A DNA stretch of 63,974 bases, filler included. It is 8 parts of 8 records of this genome, joined end to end, with 100 filler letters (N's around TTAATTAATTAA, not from the genome) between each part and the next. Parts side by side here need not be neighbours in the genome. Positions count along the whole stretch, not along the records: positions 1 to 5,079 come from SRR31147125_77391; positions 5,180 to 10,803 come from SRR31147125_77467; 6 more parts are not named here. One strand, written 5' to 3'. Below, piece after piece: positions 1 to 10,903 of this stretch (positions within the stretch are counted from its first letter, which is position 1; every line of letters starts with the position of its first letter). A program made the position numbers and the translations under genes. Under the pieces are notes generated by a model. It made no database searches. It was given only the letters and a program-made list of their open reading frames with translations, and was not told the DNA's origin.

Positions 1-327
1 CTCAATTTCGGTTTTACCGGAAATTCCCAGCTCCTTCTCCATCTCATACTCTACAGGCAGACCGTGACAGTCCCAGCCGAAGCGGCGCTCCACCCGTTTG
101 CCCTTCATGGTCTGGTAACGGGGAATAATATCCTTCAGAGTCCCCGGTACGAAATGGCCGAAATGAGGCAGGCCGGTAGCAAAGGGAGGTCCGTCGTAAA
201 AGACGAAATCCTCTTCCCCGTCGCGCTGCGAGATGGACTTCTCAAAGATATTCTGCTCTTCCCAGAATTTCAGGATCGCTTCTTCCATCTTGGGAAAGCT
301 CACTCTGGGATCGACTGGTGTGTACAA
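1..327 (-). CDS. ileS: Isoleucyl-tRNA synthetase, type 2 (IleRS2), N-terminal 109 codons; runs off the window start
   Basis: Not in the ORF track; manual translation from TTG at 327 (SD AGGAG upstream) gives [31 protein letters not shown]...[18 protein letters not shown]...[13 protein letters not shown], i.e. a class Ia HIGH-type motif plus GWDCHGLP. Confidence 0.93.
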   Translation of the reverse strand, partial: MYTPVDPRVSFPKMEEAILKFWEEQNIFEKSISQRDGEEDFVFYDGPPFATGLPHFGHFVPGTLKDIIPRYQTMKGKRVERRFGWDCHGLPVEYEMEKELGISGKTEIE

Positions 328-611
328 AACTGTTCTCCTACATAAGTTAAGATAAAAAGCACCCTTCCCCTCAGGCCATGCCCGGAAAAGACTGATTCTT
401 AAGTCAACTCACAAATAAAATAGATTGGCAGTATTTTAGGGTATTTTGACTGTTTGGGCAAGGCGGGATCTGTGCCCTCAGAGAAGTGTTCCCGGGGCGG
501 AACAGAGAAAGGGAAAAATTCTGAGAACAGGGCCGTCCGATCTGGACGAAGGTCCAAAAAGCAGTATTGTTATAACGATTACAGCAAGTTACGATCAGGT
601 GGTTTTCCTAT

Positions 612-2275
612 TTGAACCGACTGCACTTTCTTACAGCCCTGAAACGCTCCGCCCGCTACCTCGCCCCGGCGTTCCTGATCCCTCTGATCCTCTCCATCGC
701 CCTGGAGTTGAGGCGGGACAGTCGGAATATCGACAGCTGGCTCCTCGGGCTGGCGGGGAATGCCCCCCTCCTGCTGGCGGATGATTTTCACGACAGGACC
801 CGTGATGCGGACAGCATCAGCTATGAAGAGGAGTTGTTAAACCGGGACCGTTTCAACCGCTATACACGAAACAACCAGGCCGCCTGGGTCTATACGGTCG
901 TAGAAAAGGCGGGCCGTCTCTACTTTACCGCTCCCACGGTAACGGACGAGGAAGCCCGGCAGCAGGAACGGTGGTACTTCCACCCCTACGAGGATGCCCC
1001 TGAAGAGTTCTTTACCGCCCTGCGGACCGGTGAGCCCCAATTCATCACCTACAAGGACCAGTGGGGCACCTTCCGGACCGTCATCCTTCCCCTCCGCTCT
1101 CCCGGAGGGTACCGCTATGCCGCCTGCGTCGATGTCAACCTGGGGAAATATTTCCTCCGGCTCCTCCGGAAGGGGATAACGGACTTCATCCTCCTCCTGA
1201 TCATCTTTCTCCTGGTAATTGTGTACATATCACTCCTGACCCGGGAGACCGCACCCGGAAAATCCCCGGACGGCATGTGCTCCTCAGCAGGAAGGAACTG
1301 CAGCAGATCATCGACAGGCAGACGAATCATCTCCAGGAGATGAGGGAAAAGGAGCAGGCCCGGAACATTCAGTTCCTGAACGCCCTGTACGCAAGCCAGA
1401 TGGGACTTTTTTCCTTCAACATGAAAACCGGAGACCTGGTGCATGTGTACAACAACACCATCCCGGAGACACTGGGTTTCCAGCACGATCAGTATAAAAT
1501 GAATCTGATGTGGATGGTCCGGAACATTGGTGAACCAGAAAGACTGGAAGAATACGAGAGGATAATAGAAGATTTCAGGCTGAGAAAAACAGCTCAGGAA
1601 ACGGTCGATGTACACATGAAGAACGTGACGGGAGGCAAGACCTGGTTCAGGCTCCACCTGGCTCTCCAGAAAGGCACCGCCCCGGAAGATGATACCCTGC
1701 TGGTACTGGCTCAGGAGATAGAAGACGTCAAAATCCGGGAAAAGAAACTGATAAAGCAGGCTCACACCGATACCCTGACGGGGCTCTACAACCGGTCCTA
1801 CTGCGAGCAGTACTTCCGGACTCTCAGGGAGCACATCCGGAAAAGCGACCTGCCCCTTGTCCTCTGCTTCATCGATATCAACGGCCTGAAGACCGTCAAC
1901 GACAACCTGGGACACAATGCGGGGGATAAGCTGCTGACTGACTTTACATCCCTGCTGAGAAGCAGCACCAGGGAGTACGACATCTCCGCCCGGCTGGGAG
2001 GTGACGAGTTCCTCCTGATCTGCCCCCGGACGGGGAAAGTGGATTTTGAAGAGATGTGGCGGAGGATCATCCGAAATACGGAAGAGTTCAACCGGTCCAT
2101 GGACCGGGACTACCTGATCTCCTTCAGCCACGGCTGCTGCCTGGTGGACCGGATCACCCCCGAAACCGATTTCCCCACCCTGCTGGCGGAAGCCGACCGG
2201 CTGATGTATATGGAGAAGAGGAATATGAAGGGCCGGGGGTGCGGGTGCTCAGGGGTTGATAAAAATCAGTGTTAA
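612..2275 (+). CDS. Membrane-bound sensor diguanylate cyclase (periplasmic sensor, PAS-like region, GGDEF); split by a frameshift near 1245-1260
   Basis: ORF 612-1343 has two TM helices flanking a Cache-like region (YKDQWGTFRT). ORF 1061-2275 has DTLTGLYNR, DINGLKTVNDNLGH and ARLGGDEF. Confidence 0.85.
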
Positions 2276-3423
2276 CAGTTCCTTCAGCATTCTATCCTGC
2301 TCGTTCAGTATGACCTGGTAACGCTCAGGCCCTCTGTCTGAATACCGCTGCCGGATCTCCGGGTTCTCAAACATCAATATCCGGCTTTTGATCTCATCTA
2401 CAGAATAGGGGTTGGCATAGAGGGCAGCATCACCGCAGACCTCGGTTACAGAAGAAAAAGCCGAAGCCAGAACCGGCGTTCCGTATTTCATGGCCTGCAG
2501 AGGCGGATAACCGAAACCTTCATTCAGTGAGGGATAAAGAAGAGCCCGGCTGTTTTTAAAAAGGACTTCCAGAACATTTGATTCCACGTAATCCAGAAAG
2601 AGAAAAGCATCCCTGTGTTTCAATTTCCTGTAGATACTGAGAGAACCTCCGGTAAGAACCAGTTTCCGCCCTTTCAGCAGACCGGATGAATATAGCTGAT
2701 CGAATGCCCGGGCAAGACGGAGATTATTTTTCAGCCATCTCCCGCTTCCCAAAGCCAGATAGTACTCCCCGCTGCTGAGCCCCATTTTATCGAGAACATC
2801 CGTTTCAATCCGTTCTACTTCTTCCGGCAAAACCGGATTAAAAAGAGGAGAATAGCATACCTGAAGTCTGCGTTCCTCAAGCTCCGGAAAGAAGGACAGG
2901 AGAGAATATTTAGTATGATTGGATACCGTAATAATCTGACTATTCGGAAGATCCAGCAACCGCTGAACTTTGGACTTGGCAATTCCCCGGTATTTCCACG
3001 GAAAAAAGCGTATAAAAAAGGCTTTCAGTATTCGCTTATATGCCCGAGAGGAAATGTAGAACGGGATTTCCAGGGAATCGCGGGGCATTTCCAGAGACCG
3101 GATCCCGTGGATGGTATATATCAGACGGGTTCTGCCGTCAGCAGCTCCGTCGAACTTCCCGTAAGGCAGACCGGTAAAGAAGGTATCGTATTCTCTGAAG
3201 GCTTCAGAATAAGACCGGCCGTTCAGATCGACCAAAGGAATATCATGGACTTCACAGAGTTCCCGAATATGGGGATCAGATACTTCCGGCTGTCATATAG
3301 GGCATCAAAGCGGTAACCGCCCCGGACAGCTCCTTCGAAAACGGCTTTTGAGTACTCCCCTCCGCCGTGGAATTTACTGTCTCCCAGGGGCTGGGTAGCG
3401 ACCAGATCAAATAAGCATTTCAT
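2249..3423 (-). CDS. Glycosyltransferase family 4 (GT-B); frameshift near 3235-3270
   Basis: C-terminal part has YPSLNEGFGYPPLQAMKYGTPV. The N-terminus MKCLFDLVATQP...HGGGEY lies in another frame, starting at ATG 3423. Confidence 0.85.
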
Positions 3424-3531
3424 GTTTCCTACTTTACAGCAAGGGATGCATCCGGGCAACCGGGTCCTGTGGTTGGCAAACTCCTGCGGATAGAATAAGC
3501 TGGAACAGATTAAAACTCTGAGGATGCCTTC

Positions 3532-4989
3532 TTGAATAAGAGAAAACTGTTTTCCGACTACCTGTTCAATCTCACCAGGATGATTCTCAACATCGGACTG
3601 CCGGTGATCACCCTCCCCTTCGTACTCAACAGAATAGGACCGGAAAACTACGGTGTATTCTCCTATGCTAACTCCATCATCTCATATTTCACCCTGGCGG
3701 CAGTGCTGGGAATCCCGGATTACGCCTCACGGGCCATTGCCCGCCTGGACGACAAAAAATCCATTTCCAGAACGGCTTCGGAGCTGTACGTCATTCAGTT
3801 CATATCCGTCAGTATCGCTCTGATTATATTCTTCACTGCTTTCTACCCTCTGGCATCGCAGGAGTACAGACCTGTTTTCCTGATCCTTTCCATAATGATC
3901 GGTTCCTGCTATTTCAATACCGAATGGTTCTATATCGGACGGCAGAAATTCAAATACATCGCTACACGATCCATGATCATCAAGATCCTGAATGTGGCTG
4001 CCATCCTCCTGACCATCCGGGACGGAGACAACTCGTATAAATATGCCCTTATTACGGCACTGACCAATCTGGGGAACGGCCTGGTCAACATGGCGGGCAT
4101 GGTCCGGCATCTGCGATTTAAAAATCTCTCACTCCGCCCCCATATCAAACCGATCATGGTTCTGTTCGGCCTGAGTATCGCCGGTGTGATCAATACCAGC
4201 ATTGACAAGACTCTGACCGGTATTCTGGTAGGCCCTCTCTATGTAGGATACTATGCAGTAGGATTCCGGCTGACCCGGATCGTCCAACAGCTGTTCACCG
4301 CCCTGAACCATATTATTTTCCCCAGGATCACTTCCTACCTGTCACAGAATGACGAGAAACAGTCGGAAAAACTGATCCGTTTCAATATGGATTATATATT
4401 CCTCTTTTCCTTCCCTATCATTCTGGGATTATTACTTTATGCAAAGGACATCATCACCCTGTTCTTCGAGCCCGAATTACTGCCTGCCACCAGCTCCCTG
4501 ATCATCCTGACAGGAACGGTCCCTGTCATAGCAGTTCTGAATGTGATCCGGCGGCATGTGCTGCTGCCCCGGGACAGGGATAAGGTTCTGATACTCCTGT
4601 CGATCATCACAACGATGACAAATATTATTGTTAACCTGATTCTGGTGCCCCGGTTCAGACATATGGGAGCTGCTGTTGCAACACTGCTGGCGGAAAGTGC
4701 GGGAATGCTGTACGGGCTTATCTATATTCAAAAGAAGTTCGGCATCCGCCTGTTTTTTCCGGCTCAACTGAAATACCTGCTGGCCGTGCCGGTCCTGTTC
4801 GTTCCGCGATGGCTGGGGGACCAGTACCTGCCGCAGCTGCATCCTCTGTCGGTGCTTCTGATCCAGGTGGGATTGAGCATCCTTCTGTACTTTATCACCC
4901 TGTTTGTTATCAGAGATGATGTGTTTTACCGGTATACGAACCGGTATTCCAGAAGGATGCTTGAAAAACGCAGAAAAAACAGATCCTAG
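3532..4989 (+). CDS. Oligosaccharide flippase (Wzx/MOP superfamily)
   Basis: 485 aa with many TM segments; ITLPFVLNRIGPENYG and GAAVATLLAE motifs; adjacent to a glycosyltransferase. Confidence 0.88.
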   Translation: MNKRKLFSDYLFNLTRMILNIGLPVITLPFVLNRIGPENYGVFSYANSIISYFTLAAVLGIPDYASRAIARLDDKKSISRTASELYVIQFISVSIALIIFFTAFYPLASQEYRPVFLILSIMIGSCYFNTEWFYIGRQKFKYIATRSMIIKILNVAAILLTIRDGDNSYKYALITALTNLGNGLVNMAGMVRHLRFKNLSLRPHIKPIMVLFGLSIAGVINTSIDKTLTGILVGPLYVGYYAVGFRLTRIVQQLFTALNHIIFPRITSYLSQNDEKQSEKLIRFNMDYIFLFSFPIILGLLLYAKDIITLFFEPELLPATSSLIILTGTVPVIAVLNVIRRHVLLPRDRDKVLILLSIITTMTNIIVNLILVPRFRHMGAAVATLLAESAGMLYGLIYIQKKFGIRLFFPAQLKYLLAVPVLFVPRWLGDQYLPQLHPLSVLLIQVGLSILLYFITLFVIRDDVFYRYTNRYSRRMLEKRRKNRS

Positions 4990-5078
4990 AGTTTGTAGAC
5001 CTGTTCGTCTGCAGCTTCATACAGGTTCTGCAGGTCCACAATCAGGGACGCCTTCTCCCGAATGTCCTCTTTGCTGAA
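4986..5078 (-). CDS. C-terminal fragment, possibly of a nucleotide-sugar dehydrogenase
   Basis: Manual translation FSKEDIREKASLIVDLQNLYEAADEQVYKL*; resembles the IVD.RN...KL end of UDP-sugar dehydrogenases; truncated by the spacer. Confidence 0.3.
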   Translation of the reverse strand, partial: FSKEDIREKASLIVDLQNLYEAADEQVYKL

Positions 5079-5079
5079 A

Positions 5080-5179
5080 NNNNNNNNNNNNNNNNNNNNN
5101 NNNNNNNNNNNNNNNNNNNNNNNTTAATTAATTAANNNNNNNNNNNNNNNNNNNNNNNNNNNNNNNNNNNNNNNNNNNN
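5080..5179. other. Artificial contig spacer 1
   Basis: 44 N + TTAATTAATTAA (stops in all six frames) + 44 N. Confidence 0.98.
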
Positions 5180-5195
5180 CGGGACCGATGCGACT

Positions 5196-5984
5196 ATGGC
5201 CGTGCCCCGTTCCAAATGGCTTCAATTCGCCAAGGACTTCGTCATCACCGTGGCGTTGTGGGGCTATTACACGATCGGGTTTGTGGTTTTGTTCGCGCCT
5301 TTTTATGTCCTGGCACGGCTTTTCTCACCGGATGTGGCCCGATCCTTTCAGCGGTTTAATTCCCGCTTTTACCGCTGGTTCTTTGTGCTCCTGCGGTGGC
5401 TGGTGCCTGCCTGCCGCTGGCAGGTGGATGATGCGGTTAAAGCGATCCGCGGCTCGGTGATCGTGGCCAACCACGCCTCCTATCTGGATCCGATTCTGCT
5501 GATCTCCTTTTTTTCGCATCATACGACGATTGCCAAACGGCGTCTGTTTTATATCCCCCTCTATGGTTGTATGTTGCGGCTGTCCGGCTATCTTCCGTCA
5601 TCGTCGGACGGCCCCCTGGCCGATCTGATGCTATCGCGCATGGAGCAGATGCCGGCACTTTTGGCCGATGGGGGCAACCTGGTTGTTTTTCCCGAGGGGA
5701 CCCGCAGTCGTGACGGACGAATCGGTTCGCTCAATACGGGGGCCTTTAAGATCGCCCGGCTGTGCAACGCCCCCATCGATGTGGTATACATGCAAGGTAC
5801 CGCCCGCCTGTTCCAGCCGGGCCGGTTCCTATTCGATACCGGCGCGCTTAATACTATCCGCGTGCGGCACCTGTCGCGTATCGAACCTGGGTACGGCGAT
5901 CCTGATTTTTCCCTCAGGTCGCTGATGGCGCATGTGCAGGAAATACTGGAAACGCGGCGGAGCGATCAATCACCGACCGGATAG
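5196..5984 (+). CDS. 1-acyl-sn-glycerol-3-phosphate (lysophospholipid) acyltransferase family protein
   Basis: NHASYLD (HX4D) and FPEGTRS motifs; N-terminal TM segment. Confidence 0.9.
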   Translation: MAVPRSKWLQFAKDFVITVALWGYYTIGFVVLFAPFYVLARLFSPDVARSFQRFNSRFYRWFFVLLRWLVPACRWQVDDAVKAIRGSVIVANHASYLDPILLISFFSHHTTIAKRRLFYIPLYGCMLRLSGYLPSSSDGPLADLMLSRMEQMPALLADGGNLVVFPEGTRSRDGRIGSLNTGAFKIARLCNAPIDVVYMQGTARLFQPGRFLFDTGALNTIRVRHLSRIEPGYGDPDFSLRSLMAHVQEILETRRSDQSPTG

Positions 5985-6111
5985 ATTGCTAATTAATGAA
6001 ATCTTCAATAATATTTTTATAAAGCTTTTTCCGATTGTTTATAATTACCGGAAAAATGAGTTTCTTTGTTGAGGGTGCCTGGCCCTGAAAAGTTTTTTAA
6101 GTGGAGTGTGA

Positions 6112-7601
6112 ATGAAAATTTTGCTTTTTTCCATGCCGGATGTGGCACCGGTGATCATGCACGAGTCGGCGTTTCATATGCCCAACCTGGGGATCGCCAA
6201 TATCGGTGCCAATATCGATCCAGGTCATGAGGTGTATATCGTCGATCTGATCCGCCAGCGCCGGGGGCTGAAAAAACACCTGGAGCGCCGGTTGACCGCC
6301 ATCCGGCCCGATCTGGTCGGGCTGTCGACCATGACCTGGCAATACCCCACCTGCGTAAAGATCATCCGGCTGATCAAGAAAGTGCTTCCCGAGGCACGCA
6401 TTGCCATCGGCGGCTACCATGCCACGCTCATGGCCGAGGAGGTTGCCGCCGCGGACGAGGCCCGGGACATCGATTTCATGGTTCGGGGAGAGGGAGAAGA
6501 GGCTTTCCGGCGGCTGGTTAACGCCCTGGACGGCGAGGATCGGCTGGCGGACATCCCCTCTCTGTCTTATAAGGACGGCGATGCTTTTGTACACAATCCC
6601 AAGGGAGAACTCTTGGACCTGTCGCGATTGAAACTGCCCATCCGCGATAAGCGACGCCTCACCTGGGGGTACCACATCATGAACCGGCATATGGAAATGA
6701 TGGAGACTTCCCGGGGCTGCACGCGCAACTGCAATTTTTGCAGTATCCGGCACATGTACGGCCGATCCTTCCGACCCTTTCCCATGCAGCGCATCCTGGC
6801 CGATATCGACGACATCTACTACAATTGCAAGGCCCGATGGATTTTCATTTCCGATGACAACCTGGTGCTGGACACCGAGCGCGTGATGCGACTGTGCGAG
6901 GCCATCATTGCCAGGGGTATCGAAACCTTAACTTCGTGGTGCAGGCCGATTGCGTGACCATCTCCCGCAACGAGCAGATGGTGGCCAAGATGGCTGCGGC
7001 CGGGATCAGGTCCATGTTCCTGGGTATGGAGAATGCGTCCAAGAAGAATCTGCTGGCGGCTAAAAAAGGCGATATCATCGATGCGTCCCGCAAGGCCGTG
7101 GAGATCTGCCATAATCACGGCGTCATGGCCATGGGCGGGATGATTTTCGGTTTCCCGGATGACGGGGAGGAAGAGATCGTCGAGAACTACCGTTTTCTCA
7201 AATCCATCGGCGCGGATACCGCCTATTGTCAGATCCTGACCCCTTATCCCAAAACAGATATCCGCCAGCAACTGCTGGATCAGGGACTGGTCACCAACCC
7301 CGATGACTACTCCCGTTACAATGGCATGTGGGCCAATGTCCGCACCCGCCAGCTTTCTTCCGATGAGCTGCAGTACCTGTTCTGGTACCATAATGAGAAA
7401 ATCATGGGCTGGTGGCACCCGTCCGAACGAATCCGGGAGCAGGGCCGCCTGTGGACCTCCATCTGGCTGTATGTATTCAAACCGCTGCTTAAGAAAAGCC
7501 TGGCCCGCCAGCAGAAACGACTCGGCTGGCGCGGCCGGTTCGAGCAGGCCATCCAGGCTCGCGCGGCCATCAACCGCTTTGTGGATCTGGATGAGATCTG
7601 A
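6112..7601 (+). CDS. Cobalamin-binding radical SAM protein; frameshift near 6915
   Basis: N-terminal B12-binding domain (PNLGIANIGA, GGYHATL, VRGEGE); ETSRGCTRNCNFC (CX3CX2C); second half continues in ORF 6894-7601. Confidence 0.9.
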
Positions 7602-7639
7602 TAATGGAGAATTGCACTTAATTGCCGGGAGAAGCGCCC

Positions 7640-7888
7640 ATGCCCCTGGATACCGTCGTCATCAATGATATCACCGTCGGCAAGGTCCTGCTCTGGCTGG
7701 GCCTCGGGTTCGGCCTGTACGCTATCCTCAAACTGTATCGGATCCTGTTTGCCCGCAAGAAGGTCAACCTGCAGCATCTGGTCTATTTCGTCTGCGAAAA
7801 TTGCGGGTGGGAAGGGCATGTCAGCAAATTCGGTACCCGCTGCCCCAAATGCGACGCGTCCGTGGCAAGGCCCGAGCAAGACGGGTGA
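7640..7888 (+). CDS. Small membrane protein with C-terminal zinc ribbon
   Basis: One TM helix, then CENC...CPKC; GGAG SD upstream of ATG 7640. Confidence 0.6.
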   Translation: MPLDTVVINDITVGKVLLWLGLGFGLYAILKLYRILFARKKVNLQHLVYFVCENCGWEGHVSKFGTRCPKCDASVARPEQDG

Positions 7889-7976
7889 CCCGAGGCCGGT
7901 TGGATTGCAAAATGGAAGCGGGGATAATCATGGGGGCAGATTATATTCTTCCATCGCAGGTGGCTGCCCTTTAAAA

Positions 7977-8579
7977 TTATGGTTGCGTTGCCCTGATCAA
8001 TCCGCCCATGAAAATGGTGCGGAAGGTTTTCACGTATCGCCTTCCATCCAGGTGGTCGCGGTTTAACATCCATTGGTGCAGGACACCATCGTGCAAGCCG
8101 ATGAAAATCAAAGCCGTCAAATCAGGATCAAGATCATTCTTGATAAGCCCCTGATGAATCCCGGTCGTGATCAGCTTGCCGATGAATTGTTGATGCTTGC
8201 GGTAGGTTTTTTTTAAAACCGGCAGGAAATCGACATCGGCGTTCAATTCAGTGGTCAAAAAAGTTAGAAACACACACAGTTCCGTGTTTTGGGTCGCGAA
8301 TCTGGAACTGAAGCTGATCGCCCCGTTCAGCTTATCTATGGCATCTCCCTCGATTGCATCGACGATCCTGACCAATTGATCAATGTACTGGGTTTCGAAT
8401 TCCTCGATGATTCGAAACAGAAGCTCTCCCTTGCTTTTGAAATGCGCATACAATGCCCCCTTGGTCAAATCCACCCGTTGAGTAATGTCACTGACGGACG
8501 TGCCATGGTAGCCCTTGCGAACAAAAAGTTCCAAGGCCGCCTGCACGATCCTTTTTTCGGTCTTTTCACTGCGTCCCAT
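7977..8579 (-). CDS. TetR/AcrR family transcriptional regulator
   Basis: N-terminal HTH IVQAALELFVRKGYHGTSVSDITQRVDLTKGALYAHFKSKGEL. Confidence 0.93.
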   Translation of the reverse strand: MGRSEKTEKRIVQAALELFVRKGYHGTSVSDITQRVDLTKGALYAHFKSKGELLFRIIEEFETQYIDQLVRIVDAIEGDAIDKLNGAISFSSRFATQNTELCVFLTFLTTELNADVDFLPVLKKTYRKHQQFIGKLITTGIHQGLIKNDLDPDLTALIFIGLHDGVLHQWMLNRDHLDGRRYVKTFRTIFMGGLIRATQP

Positions 8580-8599
8580 GGATCGTATATTCCCTTAAA

Positions 8600-8618
8600 A
8601 AATACCAACCGGTTATTT
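8600..8618. promoter_or_regulatory. Putative TetR operator upstream of tetR
   Basis: AAATACCAACCGGTTATTT, an imperfect palindrome centred on AACC|GGTT and similar to the site at 8878. Confidence 0.5.
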
Positions 8619-8871
8619 AGTAGCTGTCGGCCTGGGAGTTGCCTCTGGTCCGCGGGTGGTTGTCGTGTAGAACGGTGCCTACCGGCATTGTGCGGCGCTG
8701 CGTATTTCCCCGCGTAGTGGTGACTGTGTGTCTAATTAATATGACAATCATTTGATATTTTCAAGCTTTTTGTTGTGCCTCCGCTCGACCCGCGCCGGGC
8801 CTTAAATAAAGACACGTTCAACGCCGGGGATCTTCTGCGGTTTAGGTGGGGCCTATCAGGGGGCAGCGACT

Positions 8872-8930
8872 AAAAAAACTAAACGGTCAGTATTTTTTTG
8901 TTGACAGACGCACCCCGGGTAAATTACCTT
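8872..8930 (+). promoter_or_regulatory. Putative TetR operator plus sigma70 promoter of the acyl-CoA dehydrogenase gene
   Basis: ACTAAACGGTCAGT (8878-8891) imperfect palindrome flanked by A and T runs, followed by TTGACA (8901-8906); the -10 is weak. Confidence 0.55.
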
Positions 8931-9049
8931 CGAAAAAAAAATGAGCTTCCCCGTCTGGTTGAAAGTCAGGCTTTCTTTTTCCAATACCATACGGCCATTC
9001 AATGATCACAACATCCAATTATAAATAATGATGAAGGAGGTTTGATCGC

Positions 9050-10803
9050 ATGCTAATAATGCAGCCCCTTGTCGGCGGAGCATTTCTGGTCGACGATTGC
9101 CAGGCCCGCCAGATCTTCATCCCCGAAGAATTCACCACGGCCCAGCAGATGGTGCGGGATGCCGCCCATGATTTTGTTCAAAAAGAGATTCTGACCAACG
9201 CAGAACAAATCGAAACCAAGGATGAAGGGATCTCGCGGCGGCTTCTCGTCAATGCGGGTGACTTGGGCCTGAATGGGACCGATGTTCCGGTTGCTTTCGG
9301 CGGCGAGGCGCTGGACAAGATCAGCACCTGTCTGGTGACAGAGGCCATGGGGGGCGCCGGTTCGTATGGCATCACCCATATGATTCACACAGGGATCGGA
9401 TCGCTGCCCATCGTTTATTTCGGCAACGATGAGCAAAAGAAAAAATATTTACCTAAACTGTGCTCGGGAGAGTGGATCGGGGCTTATTGCCTCACCGAGC
9501 CCGGCGCAGGTTCCGATGCCATGAATGCGGCGACGACGGCCCGATTATCAGACGATGGTAAGTATTACATCCTGAATGGCGAGAAAATATATATTACCAA
9601 TGGGTCGTGGGCGGATTGTTATGTGGTCTACGCAAAAGTGGACGGAGAGAAATTTAGTGCCTTTATCGTCGAACGCGATTTCGAAGGGATCGATCCGGGT
9701 GCCGAAGAACATAAGATGGGGCTTTCCGGTTCTTCCACTGGTTCGGTAATCATTAAAGATTGCAAGGTTCCAATTGAGAACGTCCTTTTCGAGATCGGCA
9801 AAGGGCATAAGATCGCCTTCAATATCCTCAACATGGGGCGTTATAAAATCGGTGCTTATGCAACCGGTGGCGCGAAAACAGCAATTGCCGGGGCCGCCAG
9901 CCACGCGTTCGCGCGGGTCCAATTCGGCCAGCCGATCGGCTCGTTTGGCATGGTTCAAAACAAACTCGCCGACATGACCATTCGAACGTATATGATGGAA
10001 TCCATGCTTTACCGGCTGGCATCCATGATTGATGAGAAATTAAGTACTCTGGATGATGGTGAACGCGTGTCCGGAACCGAGACCGCCGCCGCCATTGAGG
10101 AGTATGCCATCGAGTGTTCCATGGCCAAGGTATACGGCAGTGAATGTCTTGATTTCTGTGTTGATGAATGGGTCCAGATCCTTGGCGGCGCCGGTTACAT
10201 CACCGACTATCCGGCCGAGCGTGCCTATCGTGATTCCCGCATCAATAGAATCGTCGAAGGCACCAACGAAATCAATCGCCTGCTGGTGGCCCGGACGCTG
10301 ATTAAAAGAGCCCTGCAAGGAAGCGTCGCGTTGATGGAGGCCGCCGCGGCTGTTTCGCGGGAGTTGGAGGGCAGTGACCCAGTGCCATTGCCTTCAACGG
10401 TTGGCCCGCTTTCTCAAGAATCTCACGCGGTTGCCATGTGTAAAAAGATGACCCTTCTCTCGCTGGGATCCACGATAGAGCACTTGGGTAAATCGTTGGA
10501 TAATGAACAGGCCGTGCTCGAGATGTTGGCGGAAATGATAATGGAATCATTTGCCATGGACAGCGGTCTTCTCAGGGCAGCGAAAATGATCGAGAAAAAG
10601 GGGGAAGCCAAGGCAGGGTATCATATCGCCGCCGTCAAGGCCTATGTCGCGGAGATTGCGCCTCGGATGCACTATTGGGCCAAGCAGATTCTGGCCTATG
10701 TGAGCCCGGCGGGTGGCTCAAGTGAGACGATTTTAAAAATAGACCGCATGGCAGCCAGCCCCACGGTCCCCGTGATTGCATATAAAAGAAAGATCGCCAA
10801 AAA
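9050..10803 (+). CDS. Acyl-CoA dehydrogenase, long (about 590 aa) type; 3' end truncated by the spacer
   Basis: AYCLTEPGAGSDA, LNGEKIYITNG, GAEEHKMG, VQILGGAGY and RIVEGTNEINR motifs; AAGGAGG SD. Confidence 0.93.
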
Positions 10804-10903
10804 NNNNNNNNNNNNNNNNNNNNNNNNNNNNNNNNNNNNNNNNNNNNTTAATTAATTAANNNNNNNNNNNNNNNNNNNNNNNNNNNNNNNNNNNNNNNNN
10901 NNN
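10804..10903. other. Artificial contig spacer 2
   Basis: Same 100-nt N/TTAATTAATTAA linker. Confidence 0.98.

Noticed and set aside
5124-5135. Recurrent TTAATTAATTAA as a biological repeat
   Set aside because: Always centred in N runs; a synthetic six-frame stop linker
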